Shown here: positions 54,721-56,032 of the stretch, piece by piece
How the letters are laid out: each line of letters begins with the position of its first letter
Numbering within the stretch: position 1 is the stretch's first letter
DNA from: an uncultured Candidatus Saccharibacteria bacterium
GTDB lineage: Bacteria; Patescibacteriota; Minisyncoccia; Minisyncoccales; UBA1441
Length of the DNA stretch: 56,032 nucleotides
Assembly: GCA_964615735.1 (NCBI GenBank)
Contig: CAZTQU010000001.1
Location: 1-56,032, forward strand
Direction of reading: 5' to 3'
The notes under the pieces: generated by a model
Database searches by the model: none
What the model was told of the DNA's origin: nothing
Seen by the model: the letters and a program-made list of their open reading frames with translations, nothing else
Program-made: the position numbers and the translations under genes

Positions 54721-54771
54721 ATTAACAACTTAGGCGTTCGTTATATATTTCCCAATAATTAGGAGGTCGAA

Positions 54772-56032
54772 ATGAAAGAAGAAGACAAGAAAGGCCAAGA
54801 AAAAACAGGAGGTTGGGGATTAACAATATTAGCTCTAGTTTTTCTGGGGGCGGCGATTTTCTTCTTTGTTAGTCGCTTTTCTTTCTGGGCTGGATTGCCA
54901 GCCCTCATCGGAGCCGTCGTGGCGCTCATTTTCGCCATTTGGCTGGAATGGGCTCCCAAGGATTTCATTCTTGGTATCAACCAAGAGGGCGACATAATGA
55001 TGGTCGTCCGCGCCGGGAAAGTTTGGAAGTTTTTCCTGCAGTGGCAAGGATGGCACTTTGCTACTCAAGGGGAAGTTCAACAAGGAGAGGCTCTCCGCCG
55101 CTGGGACGTTATCCTAGACAAGGAAGAAGTCAAAAGAAACTGGTTGAGAGAAATCTTGGGGGGATTAGTATTTGTCGGCATTCCCCCCTTCCAGCAGGTG
55201 TTAACTTACCGTTTTAAGTGGGCTCATCTGCACGAGGATGGGAGCGTCCACCACCACGAAAAAGTTCTGAACTATGCCTTCGCCAAGTGGGATATGTACG
55301 TAATCGAGATAAAGGGAATAGAGGACAAAAATGGGCTTCCTCTAGACATCACAATCCTACTTCCGATGCGCATCGTCAATCCCTACGAGGCCTTCTTTGT
55401 CGTCGGCCGCTGGCTAGTGATGGTAACTGGGCTTCTGCAGGTGCCGCTCCGCAGATTTATTGGTTCCTGCACCTATCAAGAGCTTTTAGCAATGCAGGGC
55501 GCTGATACTACCGACCCGGCTGTCAACCAGCTTGAAAGGCAGTTATGGGCCGAGGTGGAAGACGCTTTGGGTGAAGAACAAGAAAAGAGCGATTCCCAGC
55601 AGGCGGTGACTTGGGACGACGCAAAGATCCGGATTTTCGGAATTGAGATAGATAAACTCCGCGCCGGATTTAACAGCATCGACCCTCCTGAATCGTACCG
55701 CAAGTTAACGACGAAGCAATATGAAGCTTCGCAGGAAGCGGAAGCGGTAAAGATTAAAGGAGAGGCGGCTGGTTTGGCTACGGCTAAAAGGGTGACTATT
55801 GCTGTTATGGCCATCGCCCGGCAGTTAGCCGGCTATCAGCCCGAGCAAGAGCTTTCTCCTGACGAATGGCTGAAGGTCGGTAAGATGACTGACCAAGCTT
55901 ATCAGTACTGGCTGACAAGCCAGGGCCTGGAAAGTATCAAGTCCTCTGACAAGATTATTATTACCGGAGGAGGGCAGCAGGTCGGCGCCGATGTTGCCGG
56001 TCTTACCATTCAAGAAGCGGTAAGGCAGGAGA
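54772..56032 (+). CDS. SPFH/band-7 (prohibitin/flotillin-like) membrane protein, N-terminal 420 codons; it runs off the right edge and is absent from the ORF track
   Basis: My translation from ATG 54772 has no stop: MKEEDKKGQEKTGGWGLTILALVFLGAAIFFFV... (two TM helices), then ...LDITILLPMRIVNPYEAFFVV...IFGIEIDKLRAGFNSIDPPESYRKLTTKQYEASQEAEAVKIKGEAAG, an SPFH core followed by a coiled coil. Confidence 0.65.
   Translation, partial: MKEEDKKGQEKTGGWGLTILALVFLGAAIFFFVSRFSFWAGLPALIGAVVALIFAIWLEWAPKDFILGINQEGDIMMVVRAGKVWKFFLQWQGWHFATQGEVQQGEALRRWDVILDKEEVKRNWLREILGGLVFVGIPPFQQVLTYRFKWAHLHEDGSVHHHEKVLNYAFAKWDMYVIEIKGIEDKNGLPLDITILLPMRIVNPYEAFFVVGRWLVMVTGLLQVPLRRFIGSCTYQELLAMQGADTTDPAVNQLERQLWAEVEDALGEEQEKSDSQQAVTWDDAKIRIFGIEIDKLRAGFNSIDPPESYRKLTTKQYEASQEAEAVKIKGEAAGLATAKRVTIAVMAIARQLAGYQPEQELSPDEWLKVGKMTDQAYQYWLTSQGLESIKSSDKIIITGGGQQVGADVAGLTIQEAVRQE

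Noticed and set aside
54759-56013. A cluster of six short ORFs in several frames and on both strands at the right end.
   Set aside because: They are shadows of the single GC-rich 420-codon open frame starting at 54772, which the track omits because it has no stop within the window.

Overview
This is a 56-kb, very gene-dense chromosomal window. It runs about 42-46% GC by hand counts of sample stretches, and many genes share ATGA or TAATG stop/start overlaps. It spans the replication-origin neighbourhood (dnaN<-dnaA | rnpA->yidC->jag) of a small-genome bacterium.

The gene content suggests a Patescibacteria/CPR-like organism, but this is inference only. The pointers are six aminoacyl-tRNA synthetases, almost no metabolism, PilB, a lamin-tail-domain lipoprotein, REC-only response regulators and T4SS-pilin fusion proteins. 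The standard code applies: TGA, TAA and TAG all terminate conserved genes.

All homology calls come from reading motifs in the translations. No searches were run.

Two long ORFs are cut by the window edges and are therefore missing from the supplied ORF track. They are leuS (1-2359, minus strand) and an SPFH/band-7-like gene (54772-56032, plus strand).

Most of the window is housekeeping. The non-routine items are:
- ileS carries a complete histidine-phosphatase domain inserted in frame inside its catalytic core.
- A compact seven-gene operon has VirB4, a VirB3/PrgI-like protein and T4SS-pilin domains, with no coupling protein or relaxase in view. Its two distal genes fuse a pilin N-domain to large extracellular modules. 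One has about 49 Cys with two CxC/CxxC-dense blocks. The other has beta-gamma-crystallin-like motifs and FGD repeats.
- Phased 20-bp direct repeats sit in the divergent promoter region between that operon and a GC-rich SPFH gene.
- A low-GC three-gene islet lies directly 3' of the tmRNA gene.
- rsmI is split by a single in-frame TAG.
- infC must use a non-canonical start codon.
- An orphan 74-codon ORF has its own promoter, Shine-Dalgarno site and terminator.

I saw no CRISPR array, rRNA gene, transposase, integrase or reverse transcriptase.
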